From the NCBI RefSeq assembly GCF_000019345.1, contig NC_010503.1, positions 150,001 through 182,000 on the forward strand: 32,000 bases of DNA, given 5' to 3'. Below the pieces are notes generated by a model. It saw only the letters and a program-made list of their open reading frames with translations, made no database searches and was not told the origin of the DNA. The translations under genes were made by a program, and so were the position numbers. Shown piece after piece: positions 12,479-25,457 of this stretch; the first letter of the stretch is position 1, and each line of letters begins with the position of its first letter. The stretch is from Ureaplasma parvum serovar 3 str. ATCC 27815 (lineage in GTDB: Bacteria; Bacillota_I; Bacilli_A; Mycoplasmatales; Mycoplasmoidaceae).

Positions 12479-12491
12479 CAAGGAATAATTT

Positions 12492-13802
12492 ATGAAATTA
12501 TATGATTCTTATTCTAATCAATTAGTAGAAATTAATGATGAATTAATTTCAATTTATAATTGTGGACCAACCGTTTATAATCATATCCATATTGGCAATG
12601 CTCGGCCTTTAATTACTATGGACGTGTTATATCGTTTTTTAAAAAAACATAATATCAAAACTAAATATGTTTTAAATATTACTGATATTGATGACAAAAT
12701 CATTAATTATGCTCTAGCTAATAACCTAAAAGAATTAGAGGTTAGTGAATATTATTTTAATGAATATTTAAAAATTAAAAAAGCTTTAAATACACTAGAA
12801 ATGATTAATCCTAAAGTATCAACACATATGGATAAAATTATTGATTATATCCAAAAATTGATTGATAAACAAGCAGGTTATTTTATTGGTGATGATGTTT
12901 ATTTTGATACAAAAAAAGCTTTAAATTACGGACAATTATCGAAACGTGATTTAGAAAATGATATTGTTGGTATGCGTATTGAAAGCGCAGCTAATAAACA
13001 CAATCCTAATGATTTTATTTTATGAAAGAAAACAAATAAAGGTATTATGTGAAATACACCTTGAGGAATCGGTCGCCCAGGTTGGCATTCTGAATGCTCA
13101 TGTTTGATCAACACTTATATTGGTGAACAAGTTAGTATTCATGGTGGTGGAATTGATTTAAAATTTCCCCACCATGAAAATGAAAATGCTCAAAATCAAG
13201 TTTTATATAATAAAAATTTAGCAAAAGTATGAATGCATTTTGGATTAGTTAATATTAATAATGAGAAAATGTCAAAATCTTTAAATAATTTTATTTTAGT
13301 AAAAGATTTATTAGCTGAATACGATTATCAAGTTGTGCGTTGGTTTTTTTATCAAGCAGATTATAAGCAACCAATTAAATTTTCGCATGAAATCATGAAG
13401 CAGAACGAAAAAGAAATTCTTAAAATTAAAAATGCTATTTATAACGCAAAAAACTATTTATACTTCAATAATCAACTAAAATCATTAACACAAATTGATC
13501 ATTTTGAGCTTTTTGATGAACGCATTAATGATGATTTAGATTTTGTAGGTATTGTTGATCTAATTCATATTAGTGTTAAAAAAATAAATATTTTAATTAA
13601 AGAAAATAAGGATATGAATGAATTAAAACTGAATTTAACTCAATTATTATATATGTTAGATATATTGGGTATTAATTTTGTTGATTTGCATAATGATGAG
13701 AATTTAGCATTATTAAATACTTGAAAAAATTACGTTGATAAAAAAGATTATGTTAAAGCTGATGAATTAAGAAAACAATTAATTAATATAGGAATTTTAT
13801 AA
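12492..13802 (+). CDS. cysS: Cysteinyl-tRNA synthetase
   Basis: [46 protein letters not shown]. Fragments in one frame separated by TGA codons; TAA at 13800-13802. Confidence 0.97.
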
Positions 13803-13803
13803 A

Positions 13804-14523
13804 ATGAATTATAATTTTGGCAAAAAAGCATTATTAGATGCAATTGGTAACAAACAATCAATTTCAAAAGTGTATTTATTATCAAAAAATTATGAGTTAA
13901 TTAATTTAATTAATAAAAATAAAATTACTTATGAAATTGTTAATGAAGCATGATTTAAACAATTTGATCATTCTTTAAACCATCAAAATATTGCATTTAA
14001 ACTAGTCAAAAAAAACTTTCAAAAAACGAGTTTAGAATCTTTTTTAAAATTAATAAAAGATAAAAAAAATGCTTTAGTTTTAATACTTGATGAAATTGAA
14101 GATCCTCGCAATTTTGGAGCAATTATTAGAACTGCTAATGGTTTTGGTGTGGATGCTATTATTTATAAAAAGCATCACCAAGCAAGCATTAATGATTTAG
14201 TAATTAAAACAAGTATGGGTGCAATTAATTATATTTATATGATCGAAGTCAATAATTTATCAAATACAATAAAAAACCTTCAAGATGAAGGTTTTTGAGT
14301 TTATGCGACAAGTTTATTAAAATCACAACCATATGAAAAAGTTGATTATGCTAATAAAACTGTTTTTATTGTAGGCAATGAAAATAAAGGTGTGAGTCCA
14401 TTAATTTTAAAAAATGCAGATCAAAGCATACGAATTGATATGTTTGGTGATGTACAATCTTTAAATGTTGGTGTAGCAACAGGAATTATCTTAGCGCATT
14501 ATCGCACTAAAATAAAACCCTAG
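13804..14523 (+). CDS. rlmB: SpoU/TrmH-family RNA 2'-O-methyltransferase (RlmB-like)
   Basis: Missed by the track because of TGA codons. Hand translation gives MNYNFGKKALLDAIGN..LDEIEDPRNFGAIIRTANGFGVDAIIYKKH..TSMGAINY..VFIVGNENKGVSPLILKNADQSIRIDMFGDVQSLNVGVATGIILAHYR, all SpoU motifs. TAG at 14521. Confidence 0.9.
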
Positions 14524-14531
14524 TTATTTTT

Positions 14532-15716
14532 TTATGATGGTTTATTTTTGTCTGTACATTTTCCAGTTGCAAAACACTCTGCAATACCAAATCAGACTTT
14601 ATTAACTTCGTTGTGTTTTGACTTTCAGATTTTTTGATATTCAGTTTCGTTTTTATCATTTTTTAATGTAAAAAAATCAACGAACATTTTAAATTTTTGA
14701 TTAATTTCCATGGGAAAAGTTAATAAAGCTTTTTCTGTTTGCTCTATAAATTCATTTCTTTTTTGTTCTTCAACAATTCGATTAAAGGCTTTTGTTAGTG
14801 TATCATCTCTACCATATACAATTCACTTAAAATATTTTTTAATTTGATCTTCAAATTTAGTAAAAAAGGCTTTAGTTTCATTAGTTAAAGATAATAACAC
14901 TAAATTAAGTGAATTTAGGTATTGGTCTAGGTTTGAATTGATAGTAACGTTTTTTAATTTATTAAAACTACTTTGAATAGATTTTGTTAATTCTAAATAT
15001 TCTTGCGGATTAAACTTTTCTCTTTCTTGATATTTTTGATCCTTAATAAAGTCCTGGTTATTAATAAATTTTAGAAACTTATTAATGTATGAATCTTCAA
15101 TATTAAATAGTTGATCTATTATATTTTTAAATTTATGATCTAATTCTTTAATGAAAAGGTCTAAATTTTTTAATTTTAATTCAAGTTCTTCATTTTTGAA
15201 ATCTAAAAGATTTTGATTTTGATTGATAATAGTTTGAATTTCTGTTGTAATTGGAGTGAAATTAATAATTTGATTAAAAAATGATTCTTTATTTCCTTTT
15301 AATAAATTATGATTAACTATTTGATTTAAATTTTCTAATTTAATGTTAATTTCTTTATTAAGATAAGCGTTTTGTTGCTTTTCTTTTTCTTTTTCTTTAG
15401 AAATTTTCTCTTGAATTTCATCTAATAATTTTTTTAAATCATTATAATTTTTAGTAATGACATCTAAATTATTTTGTTCATTAATTTTTAAAACTTTATT
15501 AATTTGATCATTTAAAACAGAAGCCTCCTTTTTAAATAATTCATTAGTTTTAATTTCATTATATATTTGTTTTGCATGTTGAGATAATTTTTTTAATTCA
15601 GTTAAATGTTGCTCTTTTTCTTTATTAGTACAAGCTACAATAACACTTGAAGTAGTAACTAAAAAAGATGTAATAACTAGTGATTTAATAAGAAGTTTAT
15701 ATTTATTTTTTTTCAT
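14532..15716 (-). CDS. Predicted coiled-coil lipoprotein (394 aa)
   Basis: Signal peptide with lipobox (SLVITSFLVTTSSVIVAC|TNKEKE), Lys/Glu-rich helical body. Extends past the track end through TGA codons to TAA at 14532-14534. Confidence 0.85.
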
Positions 15717-15727
15717 AAGATTCCTTT

Positions 15728-18700
15728 CTATTTATAAATATCTTCATATTTTTCTGGATATAAATAGGCTAATTGTTTGATTTGTTGAATTAAAGATGTA
15801 CGATTAGCGAAATTGTTTTTATCTCCAAAAAATCCAGAAATTAGAGAATCAAAAACAATCATACCTCCGGCTGTAAATTTTGCATTTTCATGGGCGCCAA
15901 AAGAAATCATTCCAACTAAATCACCATTTTCATCATAAACTACTGATCCTGATGAACCAGAACCAACATCAAAATATTGATTACTAATTTTAGTTGTCCC
16001 TACTGTTGATAAGTAATTATTAGTAGTAATAATATTTTCTTGGATTTTATCATATTTATTAATTTCATATTCACGATAGCGTGGAAGTTTGCCAGCATTA
16101 AATTCATTAATTGTCTCTGTTCTAGGGAAAGTTGACAAGTATCATTTTACATTTTGATTATCATCGAAATACTTAGTTTGATTACTTAATTTCAAAGGTT
16201 TTAGATCCTTAAAATTAATTATATGTCTAATAACACTCTGTTGTTCTTTTGTTAAATCATTAAAAGCAGGTGAATTTTCTAATTGACCATATTTTTGAAA
16301 AAAAGGTTTTAAATTAATGGTAATTAATGAAAAATCTAAACTTGCATTAGGATTAAAAAAACCTAAAGCGTTAACATGAGGGGATAATTTATTTTTTACT
16401 TGATGATCAAAATTAATGATCGATTCGATACTAATTTTTTCAGGAAAATTTAAAAATTGAAATTGATTTTGATTAGCTTCAAGTTTGCCATTTTTTTCAA
16501 GTGCATTGTAATAAGGATTTTTTTTATCATTTAATGTTTCATTTTCATGAATAATTTGGGGAACTAGTGGATCAAAATCTCCATTAGAACTATTACTTGA
16601 TTCAAAGAGATCTTTATTACCTGTTTTGTTAATTGATTTAAAAGCTTGCGTACTATTTAAAACATGAGCACAACTAATTAGATAATAGCGATAATCATCA
16701 TCATCATTAGGTTTAACCTTCCCTAGAACATTTCATGTACCATCTTGAATTAAACTTAATGAAATTACACGATCACGAGCATTTTTAATTGGTAAAAAAT
16801 TCTGTTCATTGTTTTTATAAATTCTTGTTGTATATTGATTATTAGATTTATCATCTTCCATTATATCTATAGTAGTATTATTTAAATAATAAATATTAAA
16901 ATTAGCCTTTGTTAAAAAATAAGATGAATCTATTGAAGAATTATGTTCTCAAATATTATCAAAAACACTAATGTTATTTTTAGAAATAATTTTAATTTTT
17001 AATTCATCATTTATATAAGATATTTGAAAACGAAAATCTTGCTTAATTTTTTTGTAGAGTTCATATTCGTACTCTTGATTTCCAATACCATAATTTAAAA
17101 CAAATTCAGCATCTTCAATAACTTTTTTATTTTTTAAAGTTTTATAAGGGACTGCTAATGAAATTTGAGACCTTAACATAAGGTTTTTTCACAGGTTAGT
17201 TTCTTTGATGAGATTTGGATCTAAACCAAAAGTAATATTAAAAACTAAATTTTTTTCATTTACAAGATTTAAATTTTTAATCTTATTTATTTTTTTTGTT
17301 AATTGAAAATAATTATCTTTATCTTTTTTAAAGATCAAATCTGGATTATCTTTTAATGTAGTTTTATGTAAATTTTTGATTTCATTATTATTTACAAGTA
17401 TAAAATCAGCTTTTTTAGTTATGAAATCATAAAAACCTTCGTTTGTTTTATTTTGATAAAATAAGTAGGTATTTTCATATTGAACTAATGAAATAAAATT
17501 TCGCAATGAATAATCTAAATATAAATTATTTTGATTAGATGCTCAAAGTTTATATAAGTCATTTAAAGTTAAATTTTTATTCTTTAAAGTTTGATATTTT
17601 GTTGAAAAAAACTGATTATTATTGTAATACAAATCAATAATTTTACGATCATTATATATTATATTTTTTACAAAAAAAGTACTTGTATTTAATTCTTTTA
17701 CTTTAACAAAAGCAAAAGGCGTTAAACTATTATTATCACGAACACTAATTCTGTTTAATTTGTATAAATATCCATTATATAAATGAGGGATTTTGAATTT
17801 TCATAGCGATTTAAAAGGAACACGAACATACTGAATTGGTGGAGTATATTTTGCAATTAAACTTTGATTTTTTTTAGCTTCGCTATAATTTTCGTCTAGA
17901 GTAAACTCAAATAAAAAAATCTTGTTCTTATATAATTTTAAAGTTTGTTCATTAAAATCAAAAAATGCTGATCCATATACTTCATTTTCTTGCAAATAGA
18001 AATTAAGTTTTTTGAGTGTTAACTCTTCTTCAATTTGATTATATAAAAATAAATTTTTTAAATCACGTCCTAGTGATTCTACAACATCATCATACTGAAT
18101 ATGAGTAATGATAAATTTTGTTAATGATTTAGGAAAATCTTTTAGTGAAAAGCGTAATTGATTATTATTAATTTTTTCATATGAAATAATTTTGCTAAAA
18201 GGATTGGTTCAATCAAAATTTTTAATCAAAAGACGTTTATTTGTCGCATTTAATATTTTTTGTATTGTTTGTGAATCAGAATCATGACTAAAACTAACTG
18301 TTGCAATTTGGTTTTGCTTATCTATTTCAATTTTTTCAAATTTAAAGTTAGTGTGATGATCTGTTAGTTGGTTTTGTTTTGTTAAGAGCGTTGCTTGATT
18401 AAAGGGTAGTTGTTTAAAATTATCTTCATTTTGAATAAAATTAAAATAATTATTAAATTCTTGGTTATTTTTCTGCATTGTTATTAAAGAAAGATCACTA
18501 GTTTTTTTTATGTTTTGCGGTGAAGATAATAATTGTTTTAATGCAAAAGGACGATAATCATTATTTATTAATTCATCATTAATATATTTTGTTTCAATAA
18601 CACTTTGCTTCTTATTGATTTCTAAGTTTTGTGTATATTCTTTAGTTTGGTTATGCAAACTGAGTTGGTATTGAACAAAAAAATTATTTGACTTTTGTTC

Positions 18701-18982
18701 AATAATAACTTTTTTAATTATTATTTTAGCTTGCCCCAAGTCACCCACAACTTTAATTTTATTAATTTTAATTATTTGCTCATCTTCATTTTCAAAAATA
18801 TCATATTTAAATTTAATGTTTTTTGCTATTATGTCTAAATTTTTAGTATCTTGATTCGTAATTGTAGAAGACGAAAATGTTTTTTTGTTATAAGAACAAT
18901 TAGATAATGATATAGTTATTGAACCAAGAATTATTGTTGATACAACACCTATTGATAAGTTTTTTAATATTTTTTTTTGCAT
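15728..18982 (-). CDS. Large lipoprotein with C-terminal DUF31/MIP-like serine protease domain (about 1084 aa)
   Basis: Five track ORFs (15728-16138, 16949-17179, 17189-17506, 17801-17995, 18209-18982) share one frame; the junctions I inspected (near 16142) are TGA codons, and I did not translate every gap codon by codon. N-terminus MQKKILKNLSIGVVSTIILGSITISLSNC (lipobox-like). Trypsin-like triad candidates: His in YYLISCAHVLN, Asp in NPNASLDFSLI, Ser in VGSGSSGSVVYDENGDLVG. Confidence 0.85.
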
Positions 18983-19065
18983 ATAATGTCAATAATTTTA
19001 TTTTTTTTAAAGGATTTTAATTATATATTAAAAAGAATAAAATTTTTTAAAAAGAATTGATAAAT

Positions 19066-19110
19066 AAAGATAAAACGGCGTTTTGTTAAAATCAACACCG
19101 TTTTATCTTT
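19066..19110 (-). terminator. Intrinsic hairpin terminator downstream of the 101-aa membrane protein gene
   Basis: Perfect 13-bp stem AAAGATAAAACGG / CCGTTTTATCTTT. Confidence 0.7.
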
Positions 19111-19414
19111 AAATCTTTTTGTTAATTACTTTCTTTTCTTTAATCTTTGTTATTACTATTATTATAATTGGTGTTATGAATATTAAAAAGCAAATAATTG
19201 TTAAAACAATTACACCAATTAATGCTGATTCATAATGATTTGAGTATTCAAATGAATTATCAATTTTATTATATTGGTGTAATTTATCTAAAAAATTAAG
19301 ATATTTCAAATAATCACCTTGATGATAATAATCAATTTCGATTCCAAAAATAATTGCAAAAGCCAAAAGAATGCAAAAAACTATTCCTAAAAAAGCTGAC
19401 CCAATAATCTTCAT
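19109..19414 (-). CDS. Small two-TM hypothetical membrane protein (101 aa)
   Basis: Complete ORF with hydrophobic segments AFLGIVFCILLAFAIIFGI and ALIGVIVLTIICFLIFITPIIIIVI, lysine-rich tail. Confidence 0.65.
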   Translation of the reverse strand: MKIIGSAFLGIVFCILLAFAIIFGIEIDYYHQGDYLKYLNFLDKLHQYNKIDNSFEYSNHYESALIGVIVLTIICFLIFITPIIIIVITKIKEKKVINKKI

Positions 19415-19517
19415 AATTTTCCTTAATTTATTTTTAATTATTTTAACATAGATTAAACTAGATAAATTTAAAACATAATTAATTTATTTTAAGGGCTATT
19501 TATTTTTTAAAAAAAAT

Positions 19518-19553
19518 AAAAAAAACAAGAAGAAAATTCCTCTTGTCTTTATT
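19518..19553 (-). terminator. Possible terminator after atpC
   Basis: ACAAGA..TCTTGT stem-loop immediately after the atpC stop, followed on the minus strand by a T-rich tract. Confidence 0.45.
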
Positions 19554-19556
19554 ATT

Positions 19557-19966
19557 TTATCGATCTTTATAAGCGATTAAAATTGATTCGTTTAATTTAA
19601 TTTTAGATTTTAATTGAAGTTTTTTCTTATCATCTTCTTCATTATTTAAATCATGTTTTAATTGATTTAACGAAGAATTAATTTCATCAATTTGAATTTC
19701 ATCTAAAAATTTAAAATAGTCACTAAAAACACGAACTTGATGTTGTTCAATATAAACTATACCATCTAATAATAATAGTGGTTTACGTGGAGTATTTGGT
19801 AATTCACGAATATAAGCAACATGGTTTTCAATTGTTGACATCAAAGGGTTATGGTCAGGTAAAACGGTAATTCGTCCTTCTGATGTTTTTAATTCAACAC
19901 TATACACATCTTTTTCTAAAATTTGTGCATAAGGTGTAACAATTTTTAATTTAGTTAAATTAGCCA

Positions 19967-19967
<1 letters not shown>
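19557..19967 (-). CDS. atpC: F1-ATPase epsilon subunit
   Basis: LKIVTPYAQILEKDVYSVELKTSEGRITVLPDHNPLMSTI. Start overlaps the atpD stop by 1 nt. Confidence 0.93.
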
Positions 19968-21361
<1,394 letters not shown>

Positions 21362-21387
21362 ATTTTGCTCCTTATTGTTTATAGTTT

Positions 21388-22248
21388 CTAATCATCACTA
21401 CCAGCAACAATTTCAGTAATTTCACGAGTAATTTTACCTTGGCGTAATGTATTGTAAATTAATTTATAATTTTCAGCCAATGCTTTGGCATTTTTTGTAG
21501 CTGCATCCATTGCATTGCGTCGTGATGCATTTTCAGAGATTTTTGATTCAATTAATGAACCATATAGAACTGTTGCAATATAAGTAGGTAGAATTTTTTT
21601 AACAAGCTCAAACTTGTTAGGTTTAAAAATAATATTATCTTTTGCTAATTCAATAGTTTCAGCAAGATGATCTTTAATTAAAGCTGTCTTATCGAATGGA
21701 AGAACATCTATAACACTTACTTCAAAAGTAATTGCGTTAATAAATTTAGTATATATAATACAAATTTTATTAACTTCACCTTGTGAATATAATTCAAGAG
21801 CCTCGCGCGCAATTTGTAAACTCATGTCAAATGTTAAATCATTATCATTTAAATTCAAATAAGTATTAACTTGATCAACACGACCTGATAAACGCATAAA
21901 GTCATGTCCTTTTTTTCCAATTGTAAATGTTATATCAGTTTCATTTACAATTTTAGAAATTAATTTATTAACATTATAGTTATAAGAACCCGCTAAACCC
22001 ATTGTTGAATTAATAGTGATATATAAAGTTCGATCTTTCGCATTTGGAATTTTTAAAAATTCAACATCATCAACAACAGACAATAATAACCCAATAACAT
22101 CATAGTAATCATGACAATATTCTTTAATTGCAGCTAAACGATCACGCTGACGTTTTAATTTTGCAGTTGCCACTAGTTTCATTGCATTCGTAATCTTAGC
22201 AGTTGTTTGAACTGAGTTAATTTTTCGTTTCATTGCATCTAAAGACAT
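21388..22248 (-). CDS. atpG: F1-ATPase gamma subunit
   Basis: MSLDAMKRKINSVQTTAKITNAMKLVATAKLKR and C-terminal ASRRNAMDAATKNA-like motif. Confidence 0.97.
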   Translation of the reverse strand: MSLDAMKRKINSVQTTAKITNAMKLVATAKLKRQRDRLAAIKEYCHDYYDVIGLLLSVVDDVEFLKIPNAKDRTLYITINSTMGLAGSYNYNVNKLISKIVNETDITFTIGKKGHDFMRLSGRVDQVNTYLNLNDNDLTFDMSLQIAREALELYSQGEVNKICIIYTKFINAITFEVSVIDVLPFDKTALIKDHLAETIELAKDNIIFKPNKFELVKKILPTYIATVLYGSLIESKISENASRRNAMDAATKNAKALAENYKLIYNTLRQGKITREITEIVAGSDD

Positions 22249-22249
22249 A

Positions 22250-23056
22250 CTAGTTTGCCTCTAAATTTAAATTTATTTGTTGTAAAGAATTATTTAATTT
22301 TTTAGCCTTTTTTTGATTTTTAACTTCAAGTTTTGCAAGTTTATAAGCTTGTTTTTCTTCAGCACTTTTTTTAGGTGAAAATACAGTCGCTAGTTTAACA
22401 ACAATAATTATAAAAGTAATCATTTGTGGCATCATAAATACAATAAATACTCAATTATATGCAATATAATTTGGATTTTGATATTGTATAATGGTTGATA
22501 ATTTTGCAAGAGATTTTATTCCTTGAGCTGCTAATACAGGATTTTGTGAGTTAGCTAATTGTGAGAATAATTGATTATATTTGTAAAATCAACTATTTTC
22601 TCAATCACTTAATACTTTTGTTACAAATCCTCATGTTCCATTATGATTAATAAATTTACTATGCGCATGATAATGAAGAGCTTCATATAATTTTGGATCG
22701 TTATTTTTATTAGTATTATTAATTAATGACTCCATTGTTTTTCCATTAATCAATTGATCGTGAATTGTTTTATACAATTCTTGATAATTAGCGTGTTGAT
22801 CATAACCTAATCATGACATTAAAGAATGATTATCACCACTAACATCAGCTACTTTACCAATAATTTGACCTTGATCATTAACTAATGCTCTTGCATTTTC
22901 AAAACCTTCATTTAATAAACCAACCATTGTAAACGCTATTGTTAATCCTACTATAAATATAACTAATGCTGCTATAAATCAAGGCGTAAAGACTTGTTTA
23001 ATTTTTGGAAGTTTGCTGAATTCAGCAAAGCTTTTATTCATTTTAATTTGATTCAT
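22250..23056 (-). CDS. Unknown two-TM membrane protein encoded inside the ATP synthase operon (268 aa)
   Basis: Hand translation across TGA codons: [62 protein letters not shown].. then ..[40 protein letters not shown]... Start overlaps the atpA stop; stop TAG at 22250. Confidence 0.85.
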
Positions 23057-25455
23057 TATTTAAGATAAGTGAAACCACTTGGTCCTTTATTCATATTAAA
23101 ACTTGCTAAATCTTTTGGCTTACGATATTTATAAACTTTAGAAGCTAATAAAGCATGTGCTTCTTTGTGTGAGTTAAAATATTCTAAATATTCTTTACGT
23201 GATGAAATTACTGAACTTGAACGATATTTATTTCAAGAAGTGTTTACTGAATTAACATCAATCTTTAATAAATCAAATTCACCAACAACTTTTTGTACTG
23301 GACTTGTGACATAAACTAATACTTTTTCAACTGGATATTTAGGTGTTACTTTAAAGAAAACAACACTTTTAGCATTATCAAACAATTGTTCTGCTTCATT
23401 TGATGAAATTGAAATCATAATTGTTTGTTTTTCAACTTCAGAAACAGCTGAATCTGAGAAGACTCAATTACGATTCTCGCGTTCATCTAGAATTGCTTCA
23501 TCATGCTCAATTTCAGCAACTGGTACTAAGACTTCTAAATCATCATCTTTAGATTCATCATTATCTACCTCACCGCTTTGTTCAACGGTTTCATAAATTG
23601 AATATTCATGGTTTGTATCTTCTAAAACTTGTTGACCTTCGATTTTTTCTTGGTTTTCAGCTATTTCAAATTCATGATGTTCACAGATAATTTTTTCTGG
23701 CTCAACTTCTTCAAAAATATGATTTTCTTCCATTTTATTAGTTTCAAGAATTTCTTGTGGTTCAACGAAATCTTGAACTTTTTCTTCTATTTGAACAGCT
23801 TCAGATGTTTCTGTTGTAGGTTTTAAACTAACTTCTTCATTAATAAAATTAAAATCATTTTCACCATCAACAACAATTGATTCATTCTCATTAAAGAATT
23901 TATCAAAGGCTGTTTGTTCAGCTTCTTCACAAGGTTTAAAATCTTGTGAATTATTTAAGAAACTGTTAATTGCTTTTTGTATAGCACATCTAAATGCTGG
24001 GGTATTTTCTTTATCAAAAGCTTTCTTATCTTCAAGATCAGCACGTAGTTTTGTTCCTTTAAAGTAATTTAATAAGTACTCTTTAAAATCTTGAATACGT
24101 TCTACTGGAACTTGAGGAATAAGTTTTTCTTTAACGGTAAACAAAATGATCGCTTCATCAGTTTGATTATAAGGTTTATTAGGAGCTTGCTTAATAACAG
24201 CCATAACTGCTTTACCAAGTTTTAGAATACGTTTAGTTTCATCATCCAAATCACTACCGAATTGACTAAATGCTTCAAGTTCGCGATAGTTAGCTAATTC
24301 TAATTTTAATGATGCTCCAGTTTGTTTAACTGATTTAATTTGTGCAGCAGAACCTACCCGACTAACTGATTGCCCTGCATCAATTGCAGGACGTTGACCA
24401 GCATTAAATAATGATGTCATCATAAAAATTTGCCCATCAGTAATTGAAATTACATTTGTTGGAATATAAGCTGAAATATCACCAGCTTGTGTTTCAATAA
24501 TTGGTAAAGCAGTAATAGATCCTGCCCCTAATTCATCTTTTAGTTTGCATGCACGTTCTAATAAACGACTGTGTAAGTAAAAAACATCTCCAGGATATGC
24601 TTCACGACCAGGCGGACGACGTAATAATAAGGATAAAGTACGATAAGCAATAGCATGTTTGCTTAGATCATCATAAACAATTAAAACATCTTTTCCTTGA
24701 TGCATTCACTCTTCAGCAATTGTTACTCCTGTAAAGGGAGCAATATATTGCAAAGCAGGTAATTCTGAAGCATTAGCTGTAACAACAGTTGTATATTCCA
24801 TTGCTCCATGAGCTTCAAGTTCACGAACAACATTTGCGATTGTTGAGTTTTTTTGACCAATTGCTACATAAACACAATTTACATTACGGCCTTTTTGATT
24901 AATAATAGCATCAATTGCAATTGTTGTTTTTCCAGTCTGTCGGTCACCAATAATTAATTCTCTTTGGCCCTTACCAATTGGGAACATTGCATCAATTGAT
25001 AAAATTCCGGTTTCAAGTGGTTGATGAACAGATTTACGGTCCATAACACCAGGTGCAATTTTTTCAATTACACTAAATTTATTTGCAACAATATTACCTT
25101 TATTATCAACTGCCTTACCTAAAGCGTCAACAACACGACCTAACATTACATCCCCAACAGGAACTTCAACAATTCTTTTTGTACGATAAACACGATCGCC
25201 TTCTTTAATATTTGAATAATCACCTAAAAGAACAACACCAACAGCATCTTCTTCTAGGTTTAAAGCCATTCCTTCAACACCATTTTCAAAACGTACAATT
25301 TCATTTAACATGACATTATCAAGGCCATCAACCAATACAATTCCATCACCTAACGAAATTACATTGCCGACCTCTAAGGTTAAAGCTTTTTCAGAAAATT
25401 TCTTAATTTGTGATTTTATATCACTAATTAATGAATGATTTTTATTATCTGTCAT
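23056..25455 (-). CDS. atpA: F1-ATPase alpha subunit with an extended C-terminus (799 aa)
   Basis: Walker [12 protein letters not shown] and [11 protein letters not shown]-type region ([21 protein letters not shown]). Track ORFs 24706-25455, 23464-24705 and 23233-23418 share a frame and are separated only by TGA; first TAA at 23056-23058. Canonical alpha homology ends near 23946. Confidence 0.95.
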
Positions 25456-25457
25456 TT

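Noticed and set aside
23629-23826. 65-aa Phe-rich plus-strand ORF antisense to the AtpA acidic linker.
   Set aside because: It is the reverse complement of Glu/Asp-rich GAA/GAT codons, giving a Phe/Ile-rich shadow. No independent coding support.
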